Below the pieces are notes generated by a model. It had not been told where the DNA came from. It made no database searches and saw only the letters and a list, made by a program, of their open reading frames with translations. From Polyangiales bacterium (GTDB lineage: Bacteria; Myxococcota_A; Polyangia; Polyangiales; Polyangiaceae), in the NCBI GenBank assembly GCA_038230375.1, contig JBBRNJ010000101.1:1-28509 (forward strand): DNA of 28,509 nucleotides, written 5' to 3'. This document shows, in pieces, positions 1 through 8,209 of this stretch. Each line of letters begins with the position of its first letter. Position 1 is the first letter of the stretch. Made by a program: the position numbers and the translations under genes.

Positions 1-495
1 AAGGAGATCTTCGACAAGCACATGCCCGGCAAGAACCAGATCGACAAGAAGACAACGTCGACCGTGGGCCAGGCGGAGCTCCTCTTCGTTCCTGAGGGCA
101 CGCGCACGGAGGCCGGGCTGCGGCACAACGTGAAGGTCGGTGTACAATACATCGAAGCCTGGCTGCGCGGTCAGGGCTGCGTGCCGCTGTACAACCTGAT
201 GGAGGACGCCGCGACCGCGGAGATCTCCCGCGCGCAGGTCTGGCAGTGGGTGCGTCACGCTGTGCCGGTGGAGCCCATCGACAAGACGCGACCTGTCGCC
301 GCGATCAACATCCAAGAGCTTGCGGTGATCATCGACGAAGAGATGGACGCGATCGAGAAAGAGGTGGGCTCCGCTCGCTTCTCCTCAGGCAAGTTCAAGG
401 AGGCGAAGAGCCTCTTTGCAAAGCTCGTCTCCGCCCCCGAGTTCGAAGAGTTCCTCACCGTGCCCGCCTACGAACAGCTCGTCGAGCTCACCTAG
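1..495 (+). CDS. aceB: Malate synthase A, C-terminal part (5' truncated by window edge)
   Basis: Motifs [25 protein letters not shown] and EFLTVPAY are typical of the malate synthase A C-terminus. The frame is open from base 1 and the gene lies directly upstream of isocitrate lyase. Confidence 0.96.
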   Translation, partial: KEIFDKHMPGKNQIDKKTTSTVGQAELLFVPEGTRTEAGLRHNVKVGVQYIEAWLRGQGCVPLYNLMEDAATAEISRAQVWQWVRHAVPVEPIDKTRPVAAINIQELAVIIDEEMDAIEKEVGSARFSSGKFKEAKSLFAKLVSAPEFEEFLTVPAYEQLVELT

Positions 496-531
496 TCTCT
501 CGCAACCCAACGCAACAACGCATCAGCGCTT

Positions 532-560
532 CCAGGGGCACGATCCTTCGTGCCCGCTGG
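532..560 (+). other. Intercistronic stem-loop between aceB and aceA
   Basis: CCAG-GGGCACGA-tcct-TCGTGCCC-g-CTGG inverted repeat ending 2 nt before the AGGAG SD of aceA. There is no U-tract. Confidence 0.6.
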
Positions 561-574
561 TCAGGAGTATCCTC

Positions 575-1846
575 ATGTCCGCAGTCGCCACCAAGAACGA
601 CGTCTCCTCTCTTCACACGAAGCGCTTCGAAGGGATCACGCGTCCGTATGCCAAGGCAGACGTCGAGCGGCTGCGCGGCTCGTTTCACGTGGAGCACTCG
701 ATCGCGCGCCTCGGCGCTGCGCGGCTGTGGGAGCTGCTGCACCAGAACGAGCCCATCCGCGCCCTTGGTGCGCTCACCGGCAACATGGCTGTGCAGCAGG
801 TGCGCGCGGGCCTCGATGCCATCTACCTCTCCGGCTGGCAGGTCGCCGCGGACGCGAACCTGGCTGGCGACATGTACCCGGACCAGAGCCTCTATCCCGC
901 TAACAGCGTCCCCGCGGTGGTGAAGCGCATCAACGCGGCGTTGCTCCGCGCGGATCAGATCGAGCACGCGGAGGGCAAGAAGACCACGCACTGGCTCGCG
1001 CCCATCATGGCGGACGCGGAGGCCGGCTTCGGCGGTCCGCTCAACGCGTACGAGCTCATGAAGAGCATGATCGAGGCGGGCGCCGCCGGCGTTCACTTCG
1101 AGGACCAGCTCGCGAGCGAGAAGAAGTGCGGTCACATGGGCGGCAAGGTCCTGGTGCCCACGAGCCAGTTCATTCGTACGCTGGTCGCCGCGCGCCTCGC
1201 CGCGGACGTGAGCGACGTGCCGACCATCATCGTCGCGCGCACGGACGCGGACAGCGCCAAGCTCCTCACGTCCGACATCGACGAGCGCGATCGCCCCTTC
1301 ATCGACTCGAACGAGCGCACGGCGGAGGGCTTCTTCCGGATGAAGAGCGGCACCGACACGGCGATCGCGCGCGGCCTCAGCTACGCGCCGTACGCGGACC
1401 TCGTGTGGTGCGAGACGTCCACGCCCGACATGGCGCAGGCCAAGAAGTTCGCCGAGGGCATCCGCGCCAGGTTCCCGAACAAGATGCTCGCCTACAACTG
1501 CTCACCGTCGTTCAACTGGAAGAAGAACCTCGGCGACGCGGAGATCGCCCGGTTCCAGCGCGAGCTCGGTGCGATGGGCTACAAGTTCCAGTTTGTCACG
1601 CTCGCCGGCTTCCACGCGCTCAACTTCGGGATGTACGAGCTCGCGCGGAAGTACAAGGACCGCGGCATGGCGGCGTACTCGGAGCTGCAGCAGGCGGAGT
1701 TTGCAGCGGAGAAGGACGGCTACACGGCGACGCGCCATCAGCGCGAGGTCGGCACCGGCTATTTCGACCAGGTCGCGGAGGTCATCTCGGGCGGCAAGGC
1801 GTCTACCCTGGCCCTCGAGGACTCGACGGAAGCGCACCAGTTCTGA
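575..1846 (+). CDS. aceA: Isocitrate lyase (short type, 423 aa)
   Basis: Catalytic KKCGH motif, plus [30 protein letters not shown] and [12 protein letters not shown] at 575 with AGGAG SD at 563-567; the ORF-track start at 416 is an over-extension. Confidence 0.98.
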   Translation: MSAVATKNDVSSLHTKRFEGITRPYAKADVERLRGSFHVEHSIARLGAARLWELLHQNEPIRALGALTGNMAVQQVRAGLDAIYLSGWQVAADANLAGDMYPDQSLYPANSVPAVVKRINAALLRADQIEHAEGKKTTHWLAPIMADAEAGFGGPLNAYELMKSMIEAGAAGVHFEDQLASEKKCGHMGGKVLVPTSQFIRTLVAARLAADVSDVPTIIVARTDADSAKLLTSDIDERDRPFIDSNERTAEGFFRMKSGTDTAIARGLSYAPYADLVWCETSTPDMAQAKKFAEGIRARFPNKMLAYNCSPSFNWKKNLGDAEIARFQRELGAMGYKFQFVTLAGFHALNFGMYELARKYKDRGMAAYSELQQAEFAAEKDGYTATRHQREVGTGYFDQVAEVISGGKASTLALEDSTEAHQF

Positions 1847-1892
1847 CGATTCGATTTCAGAATCGCGGCGCCTGATTTAGGCTGTGGGATCG

Positions 1893-2465
1893 ATGGCGGA
1901 TCCGAAGCGTGGAAGCAAGACAATGCGCATGCCGTCGCGGCCCCCCGGTCCGGTCGACGACGAGGCAGATCGCGCGCCGCCCACGGTGCGTGAGCTGCCG
2001 CCGGAGCTCTCGCCTTCGCTCACGGATCCGCCGCCGCGTTCGCGCGCGCAGACGGCCGGTGTGGAGATCCACATCGTTCGCGAGGGACAGGGCAGCGCGC
2101 GCACCAAGAAGCCGTGGCGCGCCGCCGAGGTCTGGACGAAGAACCGGGTCTACGGCCTGGACTCCACCATGAAGTGCATCGAGATCATCCATCGCGAGAG
2201 CGGCAAGCCAGAGCCCTCGCACTCGATGCTCGGCACGCGCCTCGGCGGTGGGCGGCTGCGCGAAGGCGGAATGGTCCGGTTCTCCTATCCGTTCCCGCTC
2301 CCGGGCATGGAAGCGATGTTCACGGAGGGGAAGAAGTGCGGCTATACCTCCGTGGTGGAGCGGTTCATCCTGCGGGTGCGTGTACTCTACACACGTGAGG
2401 ACGAGGCCCAGCCCAGCTGGGAGGACGTCGCGGCCCGCTGGCCCGAGTCCCGGAAATTGAAATGA
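1893..2465 (+). CDS. Hypothetical protein (Pro-rich N-terminus plus compact beta-rich domain)
   Basis: GC3-biased codons. The stop overlaps the next start (ATGA 2462-2465), and TAGGCT lies 9 nt before ATG 1893. Alternative start GTG 1884. Confidence 0.7.
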   Translation: MADPKRGSKTMRMPSRPPGPVDDEADRAPPTVRELPPELSPSLTDPPPRSRAQTAGVEIHIVREGQGSARTKKPWRAAEVWTKNRVYGLDSTMKCIEIIHRESGKPEPSHSMLGTRLGGGRLREGGMVRFSYPFPLPGMEAMFTEGKKCGYTSVVERFILRVRVLYTREDEAQPSWEDVAARWPESRKLK

Positions 2466-2998
2466 GCCGCAGCCTGCTCTGGCTCTTCATGCTCGCGGCG
2501 CTTGCTCCAGGCTGCAGCAAATCGCCCACCGAGGCGGTCCCCGACCGCAGCGGGACGAACCCAGCCGCCAACAGCGCAGGAGGCGGTCCGGTCGGGCCGA
2601 TGCTCGCGGACGATCAGCTGCGGCTCCTCACGGCTCCTGCCGGAGACGATGTCGCCGAGATCATCAAGGCAGAGCGCGCGCGCCAGGCCGCCCTGGGACG
2701 AAGCCTGCTCGTCTATGCGGGGGCGAAGTGGTGCGAGCCGTGCCAGCACTTCCACAAAGCGGCCGCGGCGGGAAAGCTGGACCAGGCGTTCCCCAAGCTC
2801 ACCATCGTGGAGTTCGACGTGGACGCGGACGGCGACCGGCTGAGGCGAGCGGGGTATCGCTCGCAGTTCATCCCGCTCTTCGTCGTGCCCGATGAGAACG
2901 GTCGCGCCACGGACCGACGCGTCGAGGGGTCGGTCAAAGGTGATGGCGCGGTCGACGAGATCGTCCCGCGCCTGAAGCGCATTTTGAGCAGCTCGTAG
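2462..2998 (+). CDS. Thioredoxin-family lipoprotein (WCEPC)
   Basis: Signal peptide with lipobox LAPG-C. Thioredoxin motif YAGAKWCEPC and cis-Pro region FIPLFVV. Confidence 0.85.
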   Translation: MSRSLLWLFMLAALAPGCSKSPTEAVPDRSGTNPAANSAGGGPVGPMLADDQLRLLTAPAGDDVAEIIKAERARQAALGRSLLVYAGAKWCEPCQHFHKAAAAGKLDQAFPKLTIVEFDVDADGDRLRRAGYRSQFIPLFVVPDENGRATDRRVEGSVKGDGAVDEIVPRLKRILSSS

Positions 2999-3042
2999 CA
3001 AGCTCGAGCTCCGCAGCTCGTAGCAAGCGCGAGCTCCGCAGC
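2988..3042. repeat. 25-bp tandem duplication spanning the thioredoxin stop codon
   Basis: GCAGCTCGTAGCAAGCTCGAGCTCC (2988-3012), GCAGCTCGTAGCAAGCGCGAGCTCC (3013-3037, 1 mismatch), then partial GCAGC. Confidence 0.9.
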
Positions 3043-3954
3043 CTAGGCGGCGCGGAGCGCGAGCCCGAACGCGGCGACGCCGTGGTCGCGCAGGTGACGC
3101 TTCACCATCGCGGCGCGCGATGCGGACCCGAGGACCCTGGCGATCGCGTCCGCCGCCCATTCGTCGAGCGAGAGCGCGCCGCACGGACCGAAGTCCTCGC
3201 TCTCGTTCCGGAGGATCGCACGCCATGCGCGACGCGCGCCGTCGAACCGCGCGGCGATGGTGCCATCCGCGAGAAGAATGCCGCCTGCGACCAGCGAGGT
3301 GACGCGATCCGTCGCGACGTCGGGCGCGAGCCCGTCACCGATGAGCGTGCGGACCCATGCGCCTGCGCCCGCTTCCTCGCGCTCTGCGACCCCCGCCATG
3401 ATCTCCACGAGCTCGCCAAACGCACAGGCCTCCTCGCGTGTGTCCGCGCCGAAGATCTCGGCCTCCGCGAGCGGCTCGAGCGGCGTGATCACGATCTCGT
3501 CCTCGACAGCGTCGCCCGTGTCGCCAGAAAGGTAGATGCCAGAGGGTCGCGAGAGCACCTCGGGCTCGCAAGCGACGGCGGCATCGACGTCGGTGCGATC
3601 GAGCTCGCCCGGAACATCGACAGCGGCTTCGACTGCGACAGCCGCTTCGACTTCGACAGCAACTGCGACAGGAACTTCGACTGCGACAGGAACTTCGACT
3701 GCGACAGGAACTTCGACTGCGACGTCGACCGGGGCCTCGACTTCGACCTTCGCCTCAACCTTCGCCTCGACCTTCGCCTCGACCTTCACCTCGACCTTCG
3801 CGATCTCCTGCGCGAGCGCGGCCCATCCCTCCTCCAGATCGACGCCTATCATCCTCACCACGGGCGGACCGCAGACCTCCTCGGCCATGAGGATGGAACC
3901 GTTGTGCAGCGCGGGGTTGTCGTTCGGGAACTCGGAGCAGGCAGCTACATACAT
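3043..3954 (-). CDS. Hypothetical acidic protein with V/E/A/K/P low-complexity repeat region (~303 aa)
   Basis: Long ORF with a globular-looking C-terminus (AWRAILRNESEDF...LDEWAAD...GVAAFGL). Start placed at MYVAAC (3954) because TAGCGT lies 8 nt upstream; alternative 3888. Confidence 0.7.
   Translation of the reverse strand: MYVAACSEFPNDNPALHNGSILMAEEVCGPPVVRMIGVDLEEGWAALAQEIAKVEVKVEAKVEAKVEAKVEVEAPVDVAVEVPVAVEVPVAVEVPVAVAVEVEAAVAVEAAVDVPGELDRTDVDAAVACEPEVLSRPSGIYLSGDTGDAVEDEIVITPLEPLAEAEIFGADTREEACAFGELVEIMAGVAEREEAGAGAWVRTLIGDGLAPDVATDRVTSLVAGGILLADGTIAARFDGARRAWRAILRNESEDFGPCGALSLDEWAADAIARVLGSASRAAMVKRHLRDHGVAAFGLALRAA
3662..3802. repeat. Coding tandem repeats: 18-bp x3 and 12-bp x5
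   Basis: ACTGCGACAGGAACTTCG perfect x3 (3662-3715; VAVEVP on minus) and TCGACCTTCGCC-like x5 (3743-3802; VEAK). Confidence 0.9.
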
Positions 3955-4136
3955 CAACCCACACGCTAATGTTCGCCTCGCGCGGGGCCAACTTTGTGGT
4001 GCGTTCGTGGGTCCGCTTGCGTCGCGACCCACTCCGCAAGCGATAGTATTGACCGCGACTAGGCAAGTTCACACGCGGAAGACAGAGGTTCCAAGGCCTG
4101 ACCGCGCACGCTACCGTGGGTGCCTGGAGGAGAAGA

Positions 4137-5168
4137 GTGCCGAACGCCTTTATTTCCGGGACCGGGTACCACGTCCCGCCGCGCGTCGTGACGAACGACG
4201 ACCTTCGCACCCAGTACGGGATCGACACGACCAGCGAATGGATCGTCCAGCGCACCGGCATCGAGTCACGGCGGTATGCGGAAGAGGGCGTCGGCTCTGC
4301 GGACCTTGCAGTCCCGGCCGCGCAGATGGCGGTGAAGAACGCCGGCATAGCGCTCACGGACCTCGACATGATCGTGTTCGCGACCCTCTCGCCGGAGCAC
4401 TGCGTCCCCGGCTCGGGCGTGTACCTGCAGCAGAAGCTCGGCCTCTGCGATGGCCCCAATGCGAAGTTCGTCCCTGCCCTCGACGTGCGCAACCAGTGCA
4501 GCGGCTTCCTCTACGGCCTTGGCACCGCCACCTCCATGGTGAAGTCCGGCGCCTCGAAGCACGTGCTGGTCGTCGGCGCGGAGACCCACTCCGCCGCGCT
4601 CGATCTCTCCACGCGCGGCCGCGCAGTCTCGTCCCTCTTCGGCGACGGTGCCGGCGCAGTCGTCGTCAGCGCCACGGACGAGGACCGCGGCATTCGCTCC
4701 TGGAAGCTCGGGGCGGACGGCCGCTTCGCGGACACGCTGTCGCAGCGAATCTGGGACATTCGCAAGCGCCCCTTCATCCCGCAGAACGCAGAGGGCGTTG
4801 GTCAGGTGCAGCCAGAGCTCATGTTCGCGCAGATGGACGGCAAGCTGGTCTTCAAGAACGCCGTCATGCGCATGATGGAAGTCCTGATGGAGGTCTGCGT
4901 CGCCGAGGGAATCAACGGCACGGACATCGACATGTTCTTCTTCCACCAGGCCAACCTGCGCATCAACCAGTACCTGCAGCAGCACCTGGGCATCCCGGAC
5001 GAGAAGGTGGTCCACAACATCCAGCGCTACGGCAACACCACCGCCGCGACCATCCCCATCCTCATGGCCGAGGCCGTCGAGCAAGGCCGCCTCAAGCGCG
5101 GCATGAAGTGCGCCGCCATCGCTTTCGGCTCCGGATTCACCTGGGGCGCCGCCATCATAGATTGGTGA
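4137..5168 (+). CDS. fabH: 3-oxoacyl-ACP synthase III (FabH family)
   Basis: Cys-His-Asn triad motifs NQCSGF, FHQAN and YGNT, plus WIVQRTGI, LFGDGAGA and FGSGFTWGA. GTG 4137 with GGAGG at 4126-4130. Confidence 0.93.
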   Translation: MPNAFISGTGYHVPPRVVTNDDLRTQYGIDTTSEWIVQRTGIESRRYAEEGVGSADLAVPAAQMAVKNAGIALTDLDMIVFATLSPEHCVPGSGVYLQQKLGLCDGPNAKFVPALDVRNQCSGFLYGLGTATSMVKSGASKHVLVVGAETHSAALDLSTRGRAVSSLFGDGAGAVVVSATDEDRGIRSWKLGADGRFADTLSQRIWDIRKRPFIPQNAEGVGQVQPELMFAQMDGKLVFKNAVMRMMEVLMEVCVAEGINGTDIDMFFFHQANLRINQYLQQHLGIPDEKVVHNIQRYGNTTAATIPILMAEAVEQGRLKRGMKCAAIAFGSGFTWGAAIIDW

Positions 5169-5217
5169 CCTCGCCGCGCGGATTACGTGCAGAATACACT
5201 CAGTGTGTCTGCTCGTT

Positions 5218-5970
5218 TCACTTGCAGAAGAGCGGCGCGATCCTCAGGTAGAGGGTCTTGGTGGTTTCGCCGGAGGCCTCGAAGCATTTTGCGGTGGCGG
5301 CGTCGGGGGCCAGCAGGTCTCCGCAGGTGGTGCCTTCGGTGGCGCCCAGCGTCTGGCATGTGCCGCTCTTTCCCGCGGTGGACTCGCAGGTGCTCAGGCT
5401 CTTGAAGTCCAGCGTGCCGGTGGAGCCGCACGAGTCACACGCACGTCGCTTGCAGTCCACCGCTGCGTCGAACGATGCGGCGCACGAGTCGGGCGCCTTG
5501 TTGCCCTGCTCGATCGCCAGACAACCGGCGACGTTCACGGTGAAGTAGAGACCGCCCCGCTGCCAGACGAGCGGGCCGTGCGTGCTGTCTGCCGCATCCG
5601 ACGAGACGCACGAGGCACAGGCGGTGTGCCCGGTCTTGAACGTCGCGCACTTCGCCATGTCCACCGGGGGCGCGAAGCACGCGTCGTAGGCGTCCGCGAT
5701 CTCCTGATCCGTGCATGCACCCGTCGTCACCTTGGGCGGCGCCCAGACTGCGCTGAACGTGGCGAGCGGGGCCGGCGCGCACGAGCCGTCTGCACCATCC
5801 GACCCCCCGTCCGAGGACCCGAGCGAGCCAGGCGGGATGGTGTTGTCCTGACCCGAGTCCGGATTCTGGTCGTGAAAGGTGCTGGCGTCGCCGGACGGCG
5901 AACACGCGGCGACACTCCCCACCACTGCGAGAACGAGGGCCGAGGACGCAGACAAGGTCGCTAAGCGCAT
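5218..5970 (-). CDS. Cys-rich lipoprotein of unknown function (250 aa)
   Basis: Signal peptide MRLATLSASSALVLAVVGSVAA-C, followed by 16 further Cys and a DGG/DSG-rich linker. Confidence 0.8.
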   Translation of the reverse strand: MRLATLSASSALVLAVVGSVAACSPSGDASTFHDQNPDSGQDNTIPPGSLGSSDGGSDGADGSCAPAPLATFSAVWAPPKVTTGACTDQEIADAYDACFAPPVDMAKCATFKTGHTACASCVSSDAADSTHGPLVWQRGGLYFTVNVAGCLAIEQGNKAPDSCAASFDAAVDCKRRACDSCGSTGTLDFKSLSTCESTAGKSGTCQTLGATEGTTCGDLLAPDAATAKCFEASGETTKTLYLRIAPLFCK

Positions 5971-5982
5971 CTTGGAATGCAC

Positions 5983-5998
5983 TGCAATTGGAGCGCCA
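5983..5998 (-). promoter_or_regulatory. Putative sigma54 (-24/-12) promoter for the Cys-rich lipoprotein
   Basis: Minus strand TGGCGCTCCAATTGCA = GG-N10-GC with TTGCA. The ATG follows 13 nt after the GC. Confidence 0.65.
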
Positions 5999-6194
5999 TG
6001 CGATGAAGCACGTCGCGCCCACGCAGACGGGTGTACAAGTTCACGATCGGCGGATTTTTCCATGGGATCCGTAGGTCTGCTGAGGACAACTACACTCATT
6101 CCGGTACGGACTTGATCCATCTATCGGCGGGAGCCCCCACCCCAAGGATTGTCCACAATGCGAGCATACGCGGACTTCGGGGCCGCGACCACGA

Positions 6195-6210
6195 TGGACC
6201 CATCGTTGCA
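6195..6210 (+). promoter_or_regulatory. Putative sigma54 promoter for the trypsin-like lipoprotein
   Basis: TGGACCCATCGTTGCA = GG-N10-GC, ~50 nt upstream of ATG 6260. It overlaps the palindrome ACGATG-gacc-CATCGT. Confidence 0.55.
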
Positions 6211-6259
6211 GAGTGCATGCTCGTCGCAGCGAGCGACTCTCCCTCGGAGGATTCACGAT

Positions 6260-7708
6260 ATGAAGAAGGTACTCGGCGCGCTGGTGGTGACTGCGGTTCT
6301 GATCGAAGGCCTCGTGGCGTGCGGAAGCGACGCCTCCGAGTCGCAAGTGGTCACGCCGACCGAGACGCCCGCGACGCTGAAGAACGCGAACGTCCAGATC
6401 GGGCTGCTCGACAGCTCCGGGATGCGTCGCGGAAACTGCTCGGGTGTCCTCATCGGACCGCGCATGGTCCTCACGGCCGGCCACTGCGTTGCGGGCAAAG
6501 CCTCCTGGTCCATCCTCTCTGCGCAGGGCGACCGCGCCAAGGGCGTCCGCGCCTTCACGGCCGACTGGCTCGACTTCCAGAGCACGGACGCACGACCGGC
6601 ACGCCACGACATCGCCGTGATCATGCTCGACCGCGACATCACCCTTCCGGTCTACCCGAAGCTCGCGAACAGCGAAGCCCAGAGCGGCGCGACCCTCGTC
6701 CGCATGAGCAACGTGAACGGCTCCAAGTTCGAGGCCCGCACGGCGAACGCGAATCATATCGACGCGATGCCCCACACCTACTCCACGCCGATGTCGGCGG
6801 GCGAGACCCTGGACACGGGCGGCGCGGTCGTCAACGAGAAGGGCGCCATCGTCGGCGTCGTCTCCGGTCGCGGCAACAGCACCGGTAACCTGTATATTGC
6901 ACGCGTCGACGCGCACTTCCTCTGGCTCGGTCAGAAGAACTCCTGCTCGGCCGCCCTCTCGAGCGATCCCAATTCAGTCGGCGGCGTGGCCGTCGCGTGT
7001 CACCCCACGGGCGGTGGTGGCAATACGAACGGCGACTCCGGCATCACCAAGGACGCAGGCAGCTGCGGGGGCGGCGGGGGCGGCGGTGGCGGCGGCGGCG
7101 GTGGCAGTGGCGACAGCGGCGGTGGCGGCTCCGGCTCCGGCTCCGGCTCCGGTGGGAGCTCCGGTGGTGGCACCTGCGAAGGCAGCGGCGGCGGCGGCAA
7201 CTGCGCAGGCGATTGCCCCAGCGGCAGTGGCGGCTCGGTCGGCGGCTCCGATGACGGCAGCGACGGCAGCGGCTCTGGCGGCTCCGGCTCTGGCGGTTCG
7301 GCAGGCTCCGGCGGCAGCGGCGGTAGCGGCTCTGGCAGCGGTAGCGGCTCGGGCGGCGGCTCTGGTGGCTCTGGTGGCTCTGCCGGCAGCGGCGGCTCCG
7401 GTGGCAGCAGCGGCTCTGGCTCTGGCGGTGTCGGCGGTTCGGCTTCTGGCAGCAGCGGCGGCTCCTCTGGCGGCGCGACTGGCTCCGGCAGCGGCAGCAG
7501 CGGCTCTGGTTCGAGCTCGGGCTCGAACGGCAGCAGCTCCGGCTCGAGTGGAAGCGGCAGCGGCTCGGCCAGCACTGGCTCGGGTAGCGGCAACGGGATC
7601 TACGGACGCATCCCCGAGATCTGCGCGGCCGAGTGCCCCGACCAGACGATCGACTACGGTGACTGCGGCTGCTCGAACCCCAACCAGGGCGCGAACGTCA
7701 TCAAGTGA
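6260..7708 (+). CDS. Trypsin-fold (S1/PA clan) lipoprotein with Ser->Thr at the nucleophile position, a long Gly/Ser linker and a Cys-rich C-terminus (482 aa)
   Basis: Lipobox LVA-C, CSGVLIGPRMVLTAGHC (His), HDIAVIML (Asp), and LDTGG instead of GDSGG. GGAGG SD at 6246-6250. Confidence 0.85.
   Translation: MKKVLGALVVTAVLIEGLVACGSDASESQVVTPTETPATLKNANVQIGLLDSSGMRRGNCSGVLIGPRMVLTAGHCVAGKASWSILSAQGDRAKGVRAFTADWLDFQSTDARPARHDIAVIMLDRDITLPVYPKLANSEAQSGATLVRMSNVNGSKFEARTANANHIDAMPHTYSTPMSAGETLDTGGAVVNEKGAIVGVVSGRGNSTGNLYIARVDAHFLWLGQKNSCSAALSSDPNSVGGVAVACHPTGGGGNTNGDSGITKDAGSCGGGGGGGGGGGGGSGDSGGGGSGSGSGSGGSSGGGTCEGSGGGGNCAGDCPSGSGGSVGGSDDGSDGSGSGGSGSGGSAGSGGSGGSGSGSGSGSGGGSGGSGGSAGSGGSGGSSGSGSGGVGGSASGSSGGSSGGATGSGSGSSGSGSSSGSNGSSSGSSGSGSGSASTGSGSGNGIYGRIPEICAAECPDQTIDYGDCGCSNPNQGANVIK
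7011..7596 (+). repeat. Gly/Ser low-complexity coding tract (~195 codons)
   Basis: Runs of GGC/GGT/TCC/AGC/TCT codons encoding GGGG and GSGSG repeats. Confidence 0.9.
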
Positions 7709-7709
7709 C

Positions 7710-8132
7710 TCAGCCGCTCTGAAGCAGCGTGCCCACGGTCGCCGCGTAGTCGATACGCGGCGCCCGCGCGGGGATCGGCGGCCGCGCACGACGCAGGTGC
7801 CCCTTCAGGATGAGCCGCTTCACGTTGTCCAGAGTCTCGAAACGAACACCGACGGCCTTGTGCTTGTCGGTGTTTCGCTTTCCGCAGACGACGCGCGCAG
7901 CGACGGCTTCTGTGTCGAACCAGATCCCGAACTCCGTGGTCTGGAACGACACGATGAGCGCGTCACCAGGCTGCACGTCGAGCTCCGTGGGCACCAGCAT
8001 GCCATCGGGCGAGAGGTCCATCGTGGTCTCGCCCACCAGCCGGAAGTCCTCCTCACGGACGACCTGACAGCGGATGGAGGCGACCTTCCTCACGCTCTTG
8101 CGCTCGTTCTTTCGGTGGAAACGTACCGGCAT
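7710..8132 (-). CDS. PilZ-domain protein (putative c-di-GMP receptor)
   Basis: RxxxR (ERKSVR) and DxSxxG (DLSPDG) motifs are both intact, and AVGVRF lies near the domain end. Confidence 0.88.
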   Translation of the reverse strand: MPVRFHRKNERKSVRKVASIRCQVVREEDFRLVGETTMDLSPDGMLVPTELDVQPGDALIVSFQTTEFGIWFDTEAVAARVVCGKRNTDKHKAVGVRFETLDNVKRLILKGHLRRARPPIPARAPRIDYAATVGTLLQSG

Positions 8133-8209
8133 GGACGTAGGCTACACTTACATCTGCACACACGGCAAAAAATTGGTCTCCAGGCCAGGAATGTCGCAGG
8201 GTGAGGGCC

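Noticed and set aside
2988..3802. Short repeats as a possible CRISPR array
   Set aside because: The repeats are directly tandem without unique spacers, mostly coding, and there are no cas genes.
4137..5168. fabH as the core of a secondary-metabolite cluster
   Set aside because: Stand-alone gene with no ACP, PKS, NRPS or tailoring enzymes nearby in this window.
3536..5251. 571-aa ORF with Thr/Ser/Ala repeats resembling a mucin-like protein
   Set aside because: It is the antisense reading of the VEVPVA repeats joined to an off-frame reading of fabH.
6897..8204. Ala-rich and Pro/Glu-rich ORFs (6897-8204 +, 6974-7789 -, 7000-7593 -)
   Set aside because: Alternate-frame readings of the Gly/Ser tract. 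The Gly/Ser frame is the one continuous with the signal peptide and protease fold.
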